DNA of 64,000 bases from an uncultured delta proteobacterium (GCA_963778115.1 CAVZSV010000004.1:2208001-2272000); one strand, 5' to 3'. Numbered from the stretch's first letter, positions 41,936 through 52,600 are shown. Program-made: numbers and translations. The notes: a model not told the origin generated them from the sequence alone.

Positions 41936-42490
41936 TTATCCCTCGGATGGGGCGTCGGAATCAGGGGAATCCGGTTTGGCCCAGTAACGCTCGTATTCGC
42001 GGTTAAAGCAAAGTTCGCTAAGCCCCTGCATCCGGTCGATGTAGAGCTTGCCCATGAGGTGGTCACATTCGTGCTGGACCACGGTCGCCGCAAAGCCTTC
42101 GGCAACGAGGCTAATCTTTTCTTTTCGCTGGTTTAGAGCCTCTACGGAAATTTTGTTGGGACGAGCCACTTTGCCCCTAAGTCCCGGGAGACTTAAGCAC
42201 CCCTCCCAAAAAGAAGAGGTCTCTTGCGTTAAGGGTTTGATGACGGGATTTATCAATACCTGAACGTGGGGCTCTTCTTTGGGATTGAAGTCCCATAGCA
42301 TGACGACGACCTGGATACTTTCATGAATTTGCGGAGCGGCTAGCCCCCTGCCGTCATATTCAAACATGGTCTCTAACATGTCCTTTAGAAACTCCTGAAA
42401 CTCCGGGGTTCCAATCTTTTCTTCGGGCACGGGTTTGGCCATCTGCCTTAAAACGGGGTGACCCATGACTGCGATTTTTCTAACGGCCAT
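41936..42490 (-). CDS. def: Peptide deformylase
   Basis: GLAAPQI, EGCLS and QHECDH motifs. Confidence 0.96.
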   Translation of the reverse strand: MAVRKIAVMGHPVLRQMAKPVPEEKIGTPEFQEFLKDMLETMFEYDGRGLAAPQIHESIQVVVMLWDFNPKEEPHVQVLINPVIKPLTQETSSFWEGCLSLPGLRGKVARPNKISVEALNQRKEKISLVAEGFAATVVQHECDHLMGKLYIDRMQGLSELCFNREYERYWAKPDSPDSDAPSEG

Positions 42491-42533
42491 CGCTAACGGT
42501 TCTCATAATTGGGGGGTAGTGACAAGAGGGGGG

Positions 42534-43046
42534 TTAATTCTCTACTTCGAAGCGGTGCAGCTCTTCGGCGACTTTTCTGCGATTATAAAGCGCCACTTTC
42601 GGTCCTTCCAGGGGCTGATGAACGTCTTTGGTGAAATAGCCATTGGTAAAGAAAAACCCTTTAGTGCTTCCGACACTCTTCACGAAATCTTTGAATTCAA
42701 GAAGATCAGTAAGCTTCACGTAACGGTTCTTTTCATCGGTGAGAAAAAGACAAAGCACATAGTTTCCGAAAAAGAACTCATTCTTACTCTCAGCGATCCA
42801 ATAGATTTCGCTGGGGGTATTTTTCATCCGGTCCTTAATAGTAAGCCCGTTTTTTTCACAGAGTTTTTCGGCCAGCTGTTCCAGTTCGCCAAGCCCTACG
42901 GACTGAGTAAGATCAGCGTCTTTCTCGGAATCCTCCTCGGGCGGCGCCATGGCTCCCCCGTCGGGAACGTGTTGTCGGGTGATAGCAACGGCAAGAAAGA
43001 TAGCAAAAGCGATAGCCGCAAAACAAAGAAAGAAAATATTAAACAT
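42534..43046 (-). CDS. Membrane-anchored protein with restriction-endonuclease (Mrr-cat)-like fold
   Basis: N-terminal TM, ELEQLAEKLCEKNG and KGFFFTNGYFT resemble Mrr_cat. Catalytic residues not evident. Confidence 0.55.
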   Translation of the reverse strand: MFNIFFLCFAAIAFAIFLAVAITRQHVPDGGAMAPPEEDSEKDADLTQSVGLGELEQLAEKLCEKNGLTIKDRMKNTPSEIYWIAESKNEFFFGNYVLCLFLTDEKNRYVKLTDLLEFKDFVKSVGSTKGFFFTNGYFTKDVHQPLEGPKVALYNRRKVAEELHRFEVEN

Positions 43047-43917
43047 ATGAATTATTGATGACCTCTCCTAGGCCACCTGCTCCTGGAACAATGTATTGTT
43101 TGGAATTTAACCCCTTCTCTTGATTGGAATGCGTCCCGGGGACGGTATTAAATACGCTAGGCGTGCTTAGCCCTCGATCAAGGCGAATGGCGTAGACCTT
43201 AAGATCGGGGTAGTCCTTAGTGACTTTGGCGATGTACTCGGGAGTCACAATGAGATGCATCGCGATGTACTTTTTTGCTTTACCCAAAGGTTGATAGATC
43301 TCCATGGCGGCTTCGATGGTGGAACCTGTGGCTCCCATGGGATCAGGAATGACAACGATTCTATCCTGAACGTCGCCGCCAATTTTGACGCCCCCTAAGT
43401 TGGTTCCCACCACCCGCTCTTGGGCATCTACCTTGCGATTGATGCTGATGTGATCCTGGCGAACCCCGCTCGGATTAAGAATGTAATTAAAAGCGTCAAA
43501 GCAGATTTGAGACGGGATGGTTCCAGCCCTTGCCAGATTCACGCAAGCGACTTTGGTTTCAGGATCAATAGTGCGTGCTTTGAAGGTTCCTTCGGGGTGT
43601 TGGCCTGCCATACGGGTTACGATAGTGGCTTCACACGTCGGAAATTCGCAATTCACAACGGTCTTAACGAGCTCTCGATAAAGAATGTAGAGAAGCTGGT
43701 TGACCGTGGGTTGCTTACAATCAGGATGTCCCAACCGCGTGAGGGTCGTAAATAGATAGGGATCCGCCAGTAAGTGGATATGGGAACCGTACCGGTGCTC
43801 CGCTTCCGAAAGATGATACTTTGCTTGGAGATACTGTGAATCTTGCAACATGACGTGCCGCCAAGAGTTCTCCGGGAAGGCAGCAAAGTCAAGCCGGTGG
43901 CTCGTGACAGGTAGCAT
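43039..43917 (-). CDS. upp: Uracil phosphoribosyltransferase
   Basis: NLARAG, IPDPMGATGST, LNSKQYIVPGAGGLG. Confidence 0.85.
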   Translation of the reverse strand: MLPVTSHRLDFAAFPENSWRHVMLQDSQYLQAKYHLSEAEHRYGSHIHLLADPYLFTTLTRLGHPDCKQPTVNQLLYILYRELVKTVVNCEFPTCEATIVTRMAGQHPEGTFKARTIDPETKVACVNLARAGTIPSQICFDAFNYILNPSGVRQDHISINRKVDAQERVVGTNLGGVKIGGDVQDRIVVIPDPMGATGSTIEAAMEIYQPLGKAKKYIAMHLIVTPEYIAKVTKDYPDLKVYAIRLDRGLSTPSVFNTVPGTHSNQEKGLNSKQYIVPGAGGLGEVINNSYV

Positions 43918-44122
43918 GGAACGCCGCCCTATTTTGCGTTTCCGGCATCGCTTGACCAGGGACCAAACTTTATCTACTAATCGAAGATACCCCCCACTCT
44001 GAAGATGACTCGGGCCGGCTCTTTTGCTCTTTTTCTCTTGTAGACCCGACGGATTTTGTCTTCTTTTAGAAGGGGGGCGAAGATGATGGTTTGGGGTCGC
44101 AACAAATTACGAAGACACTACT

Positions 44123-44695
44123 ATGATGCAGCTTAGTTTAGGACTCGACGAGTACGTAGTTTTTGACTTGGAAACCACAGGCCTTTCTCCCTGGGGCGGC
44201 GACGAGATCATTGAAATCGGCGCTATGAAGGTCTTTGGGAACGATATTGACGAAGAGAACTGTTTCCATTCTCTGGTCAATCCCAAGCGGCTAATCCCCA
44301 CAGAAGCCAGTCGAGTCAACGGCATCACTAACGAGATGGTAGCCGGAGCCCCCCATTTAGAAGACGTGCTGCCTAAATTTTTGGACTACATCGGGGGCGC
44401 TTGGTTAGTCGCGCAGAATGCGAAATTTGATATGGCGTTTGTGATGAAGTCTTTGGTGCAGCAGAAGGTTCAGCGAAATCTCGAAGTTTATGACACCATG
44501 ATCTTTTCGCGTAGGGCATTTCCCACGGAATCCTCCCACAATCTAGACATGATCGCGAAACGATTAGGGCTTCAAATTATCGAAGCCGAACGCCATCGCT
44601 CCCTGGGTGACGTAAAGCTTACCGCCAAAGCTTTCGTAAAGCTCAAAGAGATCTTGGGCGACAAATGTCCTCCCCGCGAGAAGTGGTCGGTATAG
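44123..44695 (+). CDS. DEDDh 3'-5' exonuclease (DnaQ/PolC-like)
   Basis: VFDLETTG, AQNAKFD, HRSLGD motifs. Confidence 0.9.
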   Translation: MMQLSLGLDEYVVFDLETTGLSPWGGDEIIEIGAMKVFGNDIDEENCFHSLVNPKRLIPTEASRVNGITNEMVAGAPHLEDVLPKFLDYIGGAWLVAQNAKFDMAFVMKSLVQQKVQRNLEVYDTMIFSRRAFPTESSHNLDMIAKRLGLQIIEAERHRSLGDVKLTAKAFVKLKEILGDKCPPREKWSV

Positions 44696-44732
44696 CCTTC
44701 TCGATAGTGCGCTGCTATCCTAAGCTTTCTTC

Positions 44733-45413
44733 ATGAAGGCAAAACCCAATACCTCTTTCACCTGGCCTCTAGCTATCTTGGCGGGCTTTTTCATGGTCTG
44801 CTTATGGGGTCTCGTTGATGTTTACGGCCCTTGGCGTGGCGATCTTAAACATTTCGACCCGGAAGTTTCAGCCAAACTAGAAACCAACTCATGGCGTGCC
44901 TATTACGAAAAAAGATACTGGGCATTGTTCTTGAGCACGTTTCAAATGTTTAGGGACCAACAGGGAATGCCTCCCGTGCGTTCTTTAATGAGTGCTTATG
45001 AAAGTGCGGAGGCAGCATTTCTTTTCAAACAAGGGCGTCGTCGCTCGGATTACGCGAAGGCGTTGCCTTATCTAAAGAGTTATTTCGCAAATATCTGCCG
45101 AACGGGCGGCTATGAGAGAAACATTCAGAGTCTAGCGAACCGTGAATTAGACTGGTGGATTATCCATCGGGAACGCGGCCGTCATGGAGAGACCGCACTC
45201 GTTCGAGCCATCGCGGATGTGTCAGCCGAACTCTATTCCCAACCTTGGGAAACCATGGTTCCTTACGCCAGGCTCAAAGCCCAGGCCATGCTAGAGCGCA
45301 CGGAAAGAGATCAAGCGCGAGGCATGTCCGATGCTGACTGGGAAGAGATAGAAGGCCTTCTGAAATCTTCCTACCAAGCGCTTTTTCAATCGCTAAACAA
45401 AAACGGAAATTAG
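44733..45413 (+). CDS. Hypothetical protein
   Basis: Clean ORF with an N-terminal TM and repeated E-x-x-(S/W)W motifs. Confidence 0.7.
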   Translation: MKAKPNTSFTWPLAILAGFFMVCLWGLVDVYGPWRGDLKHFDPEVSAKLETNSWRAYYEKRYWALFLSTFQMFRDQQGMPPVRSLMSAYESAEAAFLFKQGRRRSDYAKALPYLKSYFANICRTGGYERNIQSLANRELDWWIIHRERGRHGETALVRAIADVSAELYSQPWETMVPYARLKAQAMLERTERDQARGMSDADWEEIEGLLKSSYQALFQSLNKNGN

Positions 45414-45417
45414 AGCA

Positions 45418-46818
45418 CTATTTCTTTTCGAACCTATTTCGGATGGTAGCGTCATCTGCCTCAGCGGAAATGGCGGTCCAAAACCGACAATCCCCACTAA
45501 CCCGATCTGACTGGGTGGCGCTGCCCTTACCCCACGCATCGGTCATGGCGATGGTACGGCTCCCCTTAGTGAGCTTTAGCCCTTGATCAGCGAGTTCCGA
45601 TATTTTGCCAAGAAGTTTTTTGGATTGCTCGGTCGCCCCATATTCATCCACGATAACCACATCAGGACCTAATTTAGCGGCAACCTTTTTCATCTCGGTT
45701 TGGAAAGCGTCTATCTCCGGCTGGCGTTTTTTTCGATCTTCCTCGTCTTTTATTTGATTGGCTAAATAAGTCTTATTGCTTTGTCGGCGAGTATCGGGAC
45801 TGGAGTCTTGCTGCGCTTTGATAGCTTTATCGAGCGCATCTCTGGCAACATTTGTCTTGGTCAGTTCCCGGAGGGCTATCATCTCTTCGATCGCCTCTTT
45901 GCCTTCATGGACGGGAATTTTAGTTAAAGCGTCGGCGATTTGTGCTTCGGTGGCGTTCGAAGGAATCATAAGATTTCCATTCGAAAAGGTTATCTCTTTG
46001 GTGAAAGAGGCTTCGGGATCGACCACCATCGCTTGAGTTAACATGCTTTTTTCCACGTCGAAGGTGGAAAGAGCAGCCCGAAGCTTTTTTAATATTTCGG
46101 TCTCGGTGCGCAACGGAGCCATCGCGCCAGCCATTTGAGAATTAAATCCAAGTCCGTACTTAGAGGTGATGTCACTTTTGACATCGAAATTCTCAGCGCG
46201 CTGTTTTTGAAACTCTTCAAAAGGCGGAATAGTTTCCAAATGCGCTTTGACATCGCTCCAAAGCATATCGGTTCCGATATTGAGCGTTCCCAGGGAGTCG
46301 GGTCCTGTTAATCCCTGCGGTCCCATAGCATTCAGATGAGAAATCGATTTAGCGGCATCGGGAGTCTTCTCTAAAAAGGCATTCACATTTTTTAGAATTT
46401 TTTCTCTTTTTTCCCATGTGGCGAGCGGCTCGTAACTGGGATTGTAAGACGAATAGGAGACGACTCCTTTAAGGCGAAGTTTTCTTTCTTCCTCGCAGAC
46501 TCTTTTTTGGACATCTTCTAAAGCGGCTGCTTCCGATCGTGGTGGTTTCTCGGAGGGAGCGCTTTGTACGTTACTCGTACTGGCCGAAGGACTTTGGCTC
46601 GGCACTCCGTGGTTTGCGGGAGCTGGCGTGGTCGCCTTGGCGGTTGTCGCGGTTTGGCTCTGTTGACTACACGAGTAGCCCGAGCAGCTCTGTCTTCTCG
46701 ATCTAATCCATCGCACTACCGGCCCATTAAACAGCTCCGCCTGGGCGTTAACGCCAAGCGCACAAAGGACTCCTAACGAAATCAAAACTCCAAAAGATAG
46801 CTTCACTTTTTCCCCCAA
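45418..46818 (-). CDS. Hypothetical secreted protein
   Basis: Signal peptide ending in AQA, low-complexity linker, aagggg RBS. Confidence 0.7.
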   Translation of the reverse strand: MGEKVKLSFGVLISLGVLCALGVNAQAELFNGPVVRWIRSRRQSCSGYSCSQQSQTATTAKATTPAPANHGVPSQSPSASTSNVQSAPSEKPPRSEAAALEDVQKRVCEEERKLRLKGVVSYSSYNPSYEPLATWEKREKILKNVNAFLEKTPDAAKSISHLNAMGPQGLTGPDSLGTLNIGTDMLWSDVKAHLETIPPFEEFQKQRAENFDVKSDITSKYGLGFNSQMAGAMAPLRTETEILKKLRAALSTFDVEKSMLTQAMVVDPEASFTKEITFSNGNLMIPSNATEAQIADALTKIPVHEGKEAIEEMIALRELTKTNVARDALDKAIKAQQDSSPDTRRQSNKTYLANQIKDEEDRKKRQPEIDAFQTEMKKVAAKLGPDVVIVDEYGATEQSKKLLGKISELADQGLKLTKGSRTIAMTDAWGKGSATQSDRVSGDCRFWTAISAEADDATIRNRFEKK

Positions 46819-47007
46819 TCCCCTTTTCGCGATACGCTGGGTTTAGTTGCAAGGCGATGCCACTGTATTCTCGGCGCTGGATTCAGCGGGCAAGTGGAGA
46901 CGTTTTCTTGGAGAATACAAAAGGAAGGGCCGATAAGAGTCTATTAAGGATGAAGATTCAATTATTCGAATAGCTCGAGAGCAGATGATTCCGGTTTAGA
47001 CGAAAGC

Positions 47008-47130
47008 TTAGGCAGCCTTTAACTTTTCCATGGTGGGCTCCCAAACGATGGAGCAATCGCGTCCCACGTGCTTAGCTTCGTAAAGAGCGATGTCGGCGCG
47101 GTGAATTTGGGTGGCCAGGTCGTACTCTCC
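47008..47130 (-). pseudogene. C-terminal fragment of a GGDEF diguanylate cyclase
   Basis: IHRADIALYEAKHVGRD is the GGDEF C-terminal motif. The GGDEF motif and the rest of the domain are absent. Confidence 0.7.
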
Positions 47131-47341
47131 GGGGCAATTTCCGCTAGTCTTTCCCTCGGAAGCAAAGCAGATAAGAAGTGCGGCATTTACCCTCCACCCG
47201 GAAATCCGATTTGATGGCCCACCCGCCAGTCTTCCGCCCCTCCAAGAAGTCACCGTAAAATCAAACTTACCTCTCGAAGTACACTCGCAGACGCCCCAAG
47301 CCTATAAGTTTTGAACCTAATCAAAAGGCATCCGATACATT

Positions 47342-48322
47342 CTAAAAATTCGCCTTGCGACCTTCCGGGCAGACTTGCTCCCAGATCGGCATTTTGGTTT
47401 TCCAACCGTCGGCTTCGTTGGGATAGTAGCGAGGAATGATCTCACGCATCGGTTCGCCATCTAAATCACGGCTTATTTGGTAGACGGGATTGAATACGGT
47501 GCCCCCTCCAGCCCACGTAAAGCCCATTGGCAAAAAGGGTTCCAGCCCCAGTCGCGCGTCGATAGCACGAAGAAGAGCGATACTATCCAGGCTGCCGTAA
47601 CTAATGCCTCCGAAGAGACTAAGGCCGCCAAGAGCAGTATTCAGCGTGTTTGGTATTCCACTTCGTTGACTCATTACCAGAACCAAGCCTCCGTTGGGGA
47701 TGATGGGAAGTGATAGATTAAGATCGCTTCCTTCGGCGGTTCCAATGCTCTGGCTTAGTCGATCTTGATCCACCATGATCCCAGCTGCCTTTGAGGTTTC
47801 GACTAGAAATTTAGCGATGGCCTGCACTTTGGCATAGTAAATTTTTAGTTTTGGAATATCGATCGCAGTGGGTAACTGCGCGGGTAATTTTACAGTCTCT
47901 TCAATGTTAATGGGATTTGCCACGATCGAGTGAGAACTCCGGTTGGGATAAACACTCGCAAGAATAATGTGTCGAAAATTCGTCGGAAGTTCTCCTTTGG
48001 GGCTGACATAACCCAACTCAATAAAATCCGTCAGATCGTCTTGTAAATGGGTCTTCGGATCCCGGGCTAATTGATAGAGTTTGCTAAGTCGCCCTGGCTG
48101 GGAGGCATTCATATTCTTCAACACCGAAAAGAGCCTTCGAACCTGTATTTTTGGAGCCAGAAATCCGTTGGTCAGAATGACATAAGGGGTTTGTGGGTTT
48201 GTCTCAAGGCCGATGTCGACCTCACAGCCGTCGGTTGCCGACCATCCGGTTGAAGAGAAAGCGGATATCAGAAGGCCCAAGAACCATACGTAGGACGACG
48301 TCATTTTAACCATGCGGAGCAT
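47342..48322 (-). CDS. Hypothetical secreted protein
   Basis: Signal-peptide-like region and a long ORF. Confidence 0.6.
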   Translation of the reverse strand: MLRMVKMTSSYVWFLGLLISAFSSTGWSATDGCEVDIGLETNPQTPYVILTNGFLAPKIQVRRLFSVLKNMNASQPGRLSKLYQLARDPKTHLQDDLTDFIELGYVSPKGELPTNFRHIILASVYPNRSSHSIVANPINIEETVKLPAQLPTAIDIPKLKIYYAKVQAIAKFLVETSKAAGIMVDQDRLSQSIGTAEGSDLNLSLPIIPNGGLVLVMSQRSGIPNTLNTALGGLSLFGGISYGSLDSIALLRAIDARLGLEPFLPMGFTWAGGGTVFNPVYQISRDLDGEPMREIIPRYYPNEADGWKTKMPIWEQVCPEGRKANF

Positions 48323-48437
48323 ATAGTTCGCCTTTAAACGGAAAGGAAGTCTAAACTGGCAAGGAACCGAATTTATGCGTAAAGTTGCCACGGCAACTTG
48401 TTTAAAGCACTTAAATCCATTAGACATAACACACAAA

Positions 48438-48454
48438 GGGCGGTTAGCTTAGTT
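48438..48454 (+). repeat. Degenerate 5' fragment of tRNA-Arg (leftmost att-like scar)
   Basis: gggcggttagcttagtt matches the tRNA-Arg 5' end at 16/17 positions and is preceded by aaa like the other copies. Confidence 0.7.
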
Positions 48455-48678
48455 ACGTACAGTTTCTTGATCACAATCCCCCGCACATTCACGCGGTCTA
48501 TAGCGGAAACAAAGCTTCGTATAGAATCGACACTGCGGAAATTTTGGCTGGGAAAATGACGCCACGAGCACATAAACTCATTCAGGAATGGATCGGTTTG
48601 CACAGAGACGAATTGATGAAAGTGTGGGTTCTGGCGAGCAAGGGGGAACAGGTATTTCCGATTCCGCCTTTGGAATAG
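48448..48678 (+). pseudogene. 5'-truncated DUF4160 family protein
   Basis: YVQFLDHNPPHIHAVY...EWIGLHRDELMKVW...FPIPPLE*. No start codon; truncated at the tRNA fragment. Confidence 0.8.
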
Positions 48679-48689
48679 GAGGAGAATTT

Positions 48690-48937
48690 ATGATTACAGC
48701 CGCAAAATATCTCGAGATTACTAATGTAAAATGGGTTGGCAAATTTCGTCTTTCACTCGACTTCAACGATGGAGCGTCAAAGGAAGTGGATCTCTCCAAA
48801 CTTCTTGCGTTTCCCCCCCCGTTTTTCGACCTCTTATTGATGAAAGGGCATTCGCAAGAGTGTCTGTTAACCCCGTCGGCGGAATTTGTTGGGAGTGTGG
48901 CGCCGATCTGTCAGCAGAATACCTCTACTCTCTATAA
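48690..48937 (+). pseudogene. DUF2442 family protein, frameshifted at a C8 tract (48813-48820)
   Basis: LSLDFNDGASKEVDL in one frame and VFRPLIDERAFARV...GICWECGADLSAEYLY in another. Canonical partner of DUF4160. Confidence 0.8.
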
Positions 48938-49016
48938 ACTTTTCTATCATCGAGTCGGAATATTATGTTTCCCCAATGGGCCTATCGCGGGCCTGCTATG
49001 GGTACTCCCCTGGTAT

Positions 49017-49297
49017 CTACTCAATGTTTTCTTCGGAATGAAGTGACTCTTTGTTAATGAGATAGATCGATCCGTTCTCGGTTCTGGCGAGAATAGCCGT
49101 ACCGTTTTTTATTAACTCCTTTACGTTCCGGAGCCCTGGGATCATGGTTGGCGTTCCGTCAGAATCCGCTATCGAAAACACTAAACCATCATGAAGAAAA
49201 TACACTTCGTGACCTATTTTCACGCTTGAAAGAAGAGAAACTGCCGGCCCAACGGCATCCATCTGAACGTTATTTGACTCGCTCAACCCTCCGACGG
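49017..49297 (-). pseudogene. Gene fragment of unknown function
   Basis: Protein-like stretch (PTMIPGLRNVKEL...ILARTENGSIY) cut off at the junction with the duplicated HEAT-gene end. Confidence 0.4.
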
Positions 49298-49503
49298 CCC
49301 TATGATTCGGGGAATGCGAGCAGGACATCCCAAGCCTGAACTCTTCTATAAGTATATAAGGGATTCCAATCCAAACGTACGCGCATCAGCCCTTTACGCA
49401 ATTCTCACGTATGTAACTTTAACAAATTAGAATAATGCATTTGCTTGTTCCCAAATCGCTCAACAACGAAGGGGTGGACCAAGCAACGGAGTCATGCTAA
49501 CTA
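49298..49503 (+). repeat. Near-identical copy of the HEAT gene 3' end and right arm (53035..53239)
   Basis: Direct visual alignment shows only a few substitutions and one indel. Confidence 0.93.
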
Positions 49504-49681
49504 TCCAACGTTATTCGCCTTTCGAATAAAAGGGCGGTTAGCTCAGTTGGCCCCAGGGAGCGACAGCGACCGGAGATGATGGCCGCAATTGCGCATCTGG
49601 CGAGCGGCAGCAACGATATCGAAGGCGAAGTATTTTAAAAGGGCGGTTAGCTCAGTTGGATAGAGCGCAAGCCTCCGAAGC
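49488..49681 (+). repeat. 194-bp copy of 57512..57705 (promoter end, 109-bp mini-insertion and tRNA-Arg 5' half)
   Basis: Offset 8024, with a single mismatch seen (49640 a versus 57664 c). Confidence 0.95.
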
Positions 49682-52600
49682 AGTTCTAGAAAAAACTCAA
49701 AGACCCTAAACTAGGCACAAACTAATAACAAATCACCAACTTGTGATGACCCGCGTCTTCTGGTTCTTACCAGTTAAAACTGGATGATTTGAGTCGATAT
49801 GTTCCCAATGTGTTCCCACTTCCCGGGACCTATTTCGGGATATACGCAGCATTACCTCTGGGCCACCTCACTCCATTTATGACGGTTCAGGAATAAAGGG
49901 AACTCTTAGTTCACACTAGTAGCGAAACCACAGGATGTGCTAGGTTCTCCCGCGTTATTGATAGAGAGGTGCTTCGTGAAGAGGTTCCACGTTGTGGTAT
50001 GGTTTTCGTTTCTGGCGGCCGGATGTTCCCAAGATGCTCGTTTATCCGATGGTCAAATCCCGACACCAAACGAGAGTAAAGAGCACCATCTTCCCGACGT
50101 CGTTCGCCCTGTTCCCGAAGTCCTACAAACGGAGTCCACTGAGACTGGGCTATCGGCGGCAGGCCAAGCTGAGTATGAAACACGTGAAAATCAGTTGGCT
50201 GAACCATCCGCGGAGGGTTGGAAAGAGAGCATTCAACGTTATCTGGTAGATCGAACTGATGTTGCCGCTCGTACTGCGCGAGTAGGAGTAATTATACTGG
50301 GGAGTTCTGAATCAATTCCGCCTGAAACTTTGGTTCAGATTATTCAAGCAAAGTTCACGCCGTTTGGAAATGGGCCCCAAAGACCGTTCCAGAATCTAAG
50401 AAGAGCAGCGATCCGTGCTTTGGCGCACATTGATAGAAATCATCCCGTCCTGACGGAAACAGCTTCTAACCCGATAGAGAACTTTCGTGTTCGGGGGGCG
50501 TCACTCGCAGAACTGGCTGCAGATCCAACCCTTAAACACAATGATCTCATTTCACATATCTTACGGGACCCAAATGAGCACTTCGTTATGCGCATGCGTG
50601 CCGCGTTCCTCCTGATAAATCAAAAGAAAACACCTTCTCTCGATCTAGTATTGAATTATATACAAGCGGAAAGTGTGGATGAAGTTGGAAGATCTGTCGC
50701 CGCTTTTGCCTTGGGGTTCTGCGGTGACTCCCGGTGCGATAGGTCCCTTCTTCGGACAGTCGCGGACCGATCGGTCCCCACGGTCGTGCGATGTTTTGCT
50801 GCCTATTCCTATCATCGCCGCCCGATGAACGAGACCACATTTGAGCTTCTAAGCAAAATATTGGTCGACGAATCGGAATCAATAGACTTGAGAGAACAGA
50901 TCGCTCTAAGCTTTCTGCACTCGCGGACTCCTTTGGCACTGCCAATCTTAAATTTAATGAAGGGACGTAACGATCGTGTTGGAGCTGCTGCAAGGGGAGA
51001 GGTCTTTTCTGAATGGAGATCGAAAAATTCAGAGGGATCGAACGATGGCGTTGCCAGCTTATCTGAAACAGAAAGGGCGCAGCTAAGGAATGAAATGTTG
51101 CTCACACTAAACAACTCCAATAACAATTCGGACGCAACGACTGCCGTCTCGGTCTTAGTCAAAGCAGGTCTCATCAGGCCTGCCGATGGGCCCTTACTGT
51201 TAGATTCTAAATACGCCGGCTGGATGGCGTCGGTAACCGACGACGGTCTTAATTCAACGGTGGAAAATCCGATGATTGATGCCTTGGTTGTTGCGGAACA
51301 ATCTGCAAAGCCCAAACTTATAGAGCTGCTTGCTTCTTTGCGCGGTCCACGCCTATCATTGGCCGTTGATACGCTCTTGAAGATGGGTTCGTTACCGACA
51401 ATCGCAGAAACGAAACTTCGAGCACTAATTATCGAGCCTCAACTTCCGTGGTACCAACGACGAGCGGTCATCCAATTAGTGGAAAAGTTAGAAGGTTTTC
51501 CAAGCCAAGATACCCTGAGGCTTCTAAGAGATCGTTTGGATGACGAGGATCCCGGAGTGGCGATACTCGCGTTACGGGCTTTAGTCGACTTTAAGCAGCT
51601 AACAGTAGAAGAGGGTGCTAATCAGGGATTTCGAATCGCTAAAGCCGCGCTCGCTCGCGACCCGAAGGAGTTGGATTATTCCGATGAGGTCTTACAGGCA
51701 ACGCAGTTCACCACACATGACCAATCGGTTGAATTGCTAAATAGCCTCGCCAAAACGGGAAGTCTTAGAGGGAGGGTGAAGGCAGTTCGACAGCTGAATT
51801 CTCTAGGGGGCTTGAGAGAGGAGTTATTTCACCAAGTACGAACTGCCTTCGATGAATACGTGCGCGATTCGAAGGGGCCCACTGCCGGTCTGACCGACGC
51901 CATTGATGTCCTTAAAACTGATATTTTCCCCTTGAGTAGATTAGGAGCTGCTCAGATTGTTCGAAGGCTACGCGATAAATCATGGGAGGAGACTGAATCG
52001 GCTCTTACTGGGATTACGGTGTCGTCCGATAACGCCTCGATTCTTTCGGACCTTATTCTGCGTCACCCATCCGAGGCTTTACCTTATCTTAAGCGGCTCC
52101 TTGCGTACGACGAACACGAGTTTCATCAAGCTCCCAAGGTTCTACTGGCGATTTGTGCTCTGAGTAAAATGGAGAACCCTCCCCGGATAGTTTCAGTACC
52201 ACGACTGGAGGGCCTTCTCGAACGAGGGTACGAATCGAACGGGATTTATACGGAGGCTTTGGGGCCTGTTTACGCTTTACTGAAGAAGTATGGTCTCGAT
52301 CCCTTGGCATCGTTAGTCCGTGCATTTAGAGATCCGATGAACCTCTACGAACGTACAGAGGCGATGTCCTTTCTGGGAACTCTCGGTAGAGAGGCTTCCT
52401 CAATTGCGGTTGATATTCGGGCGCTACTTGAGAAGTACCAACCTAACGTTGATCGCAACCAGCTCGAGATAGAATGGCTACTAGCGGCCTCTAGCGCAAA
52501 GACTCTATCAAAAGTTGATCCGAAAATGTTTGCGGAAGAGTTTCCTGCGCTAGAACGCAAGCTGTTGGAAGATGATCACGTAGATAATTTCTTAAGCTAC

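Noticed and set aside
42465..43058. 197-aa plus-strand ORF
   Set aside because: It is antisense to the gene coupled to upp within a minus-strand gene run.
48588..49046. 152-aa ORF as a single real gene
   Set aside because: It is a chimera of an off-frame DUF4160 region, the DUF2442 N-terminus and post-frameshift sequence.
49641..49681. Additional tRNA-Arg genes or split/intron-containing tRNAs at 49641 and 53268
   Set aside because: No T-arm or acceptor 3' half follows. The downstream sequence is the conserved element arm.
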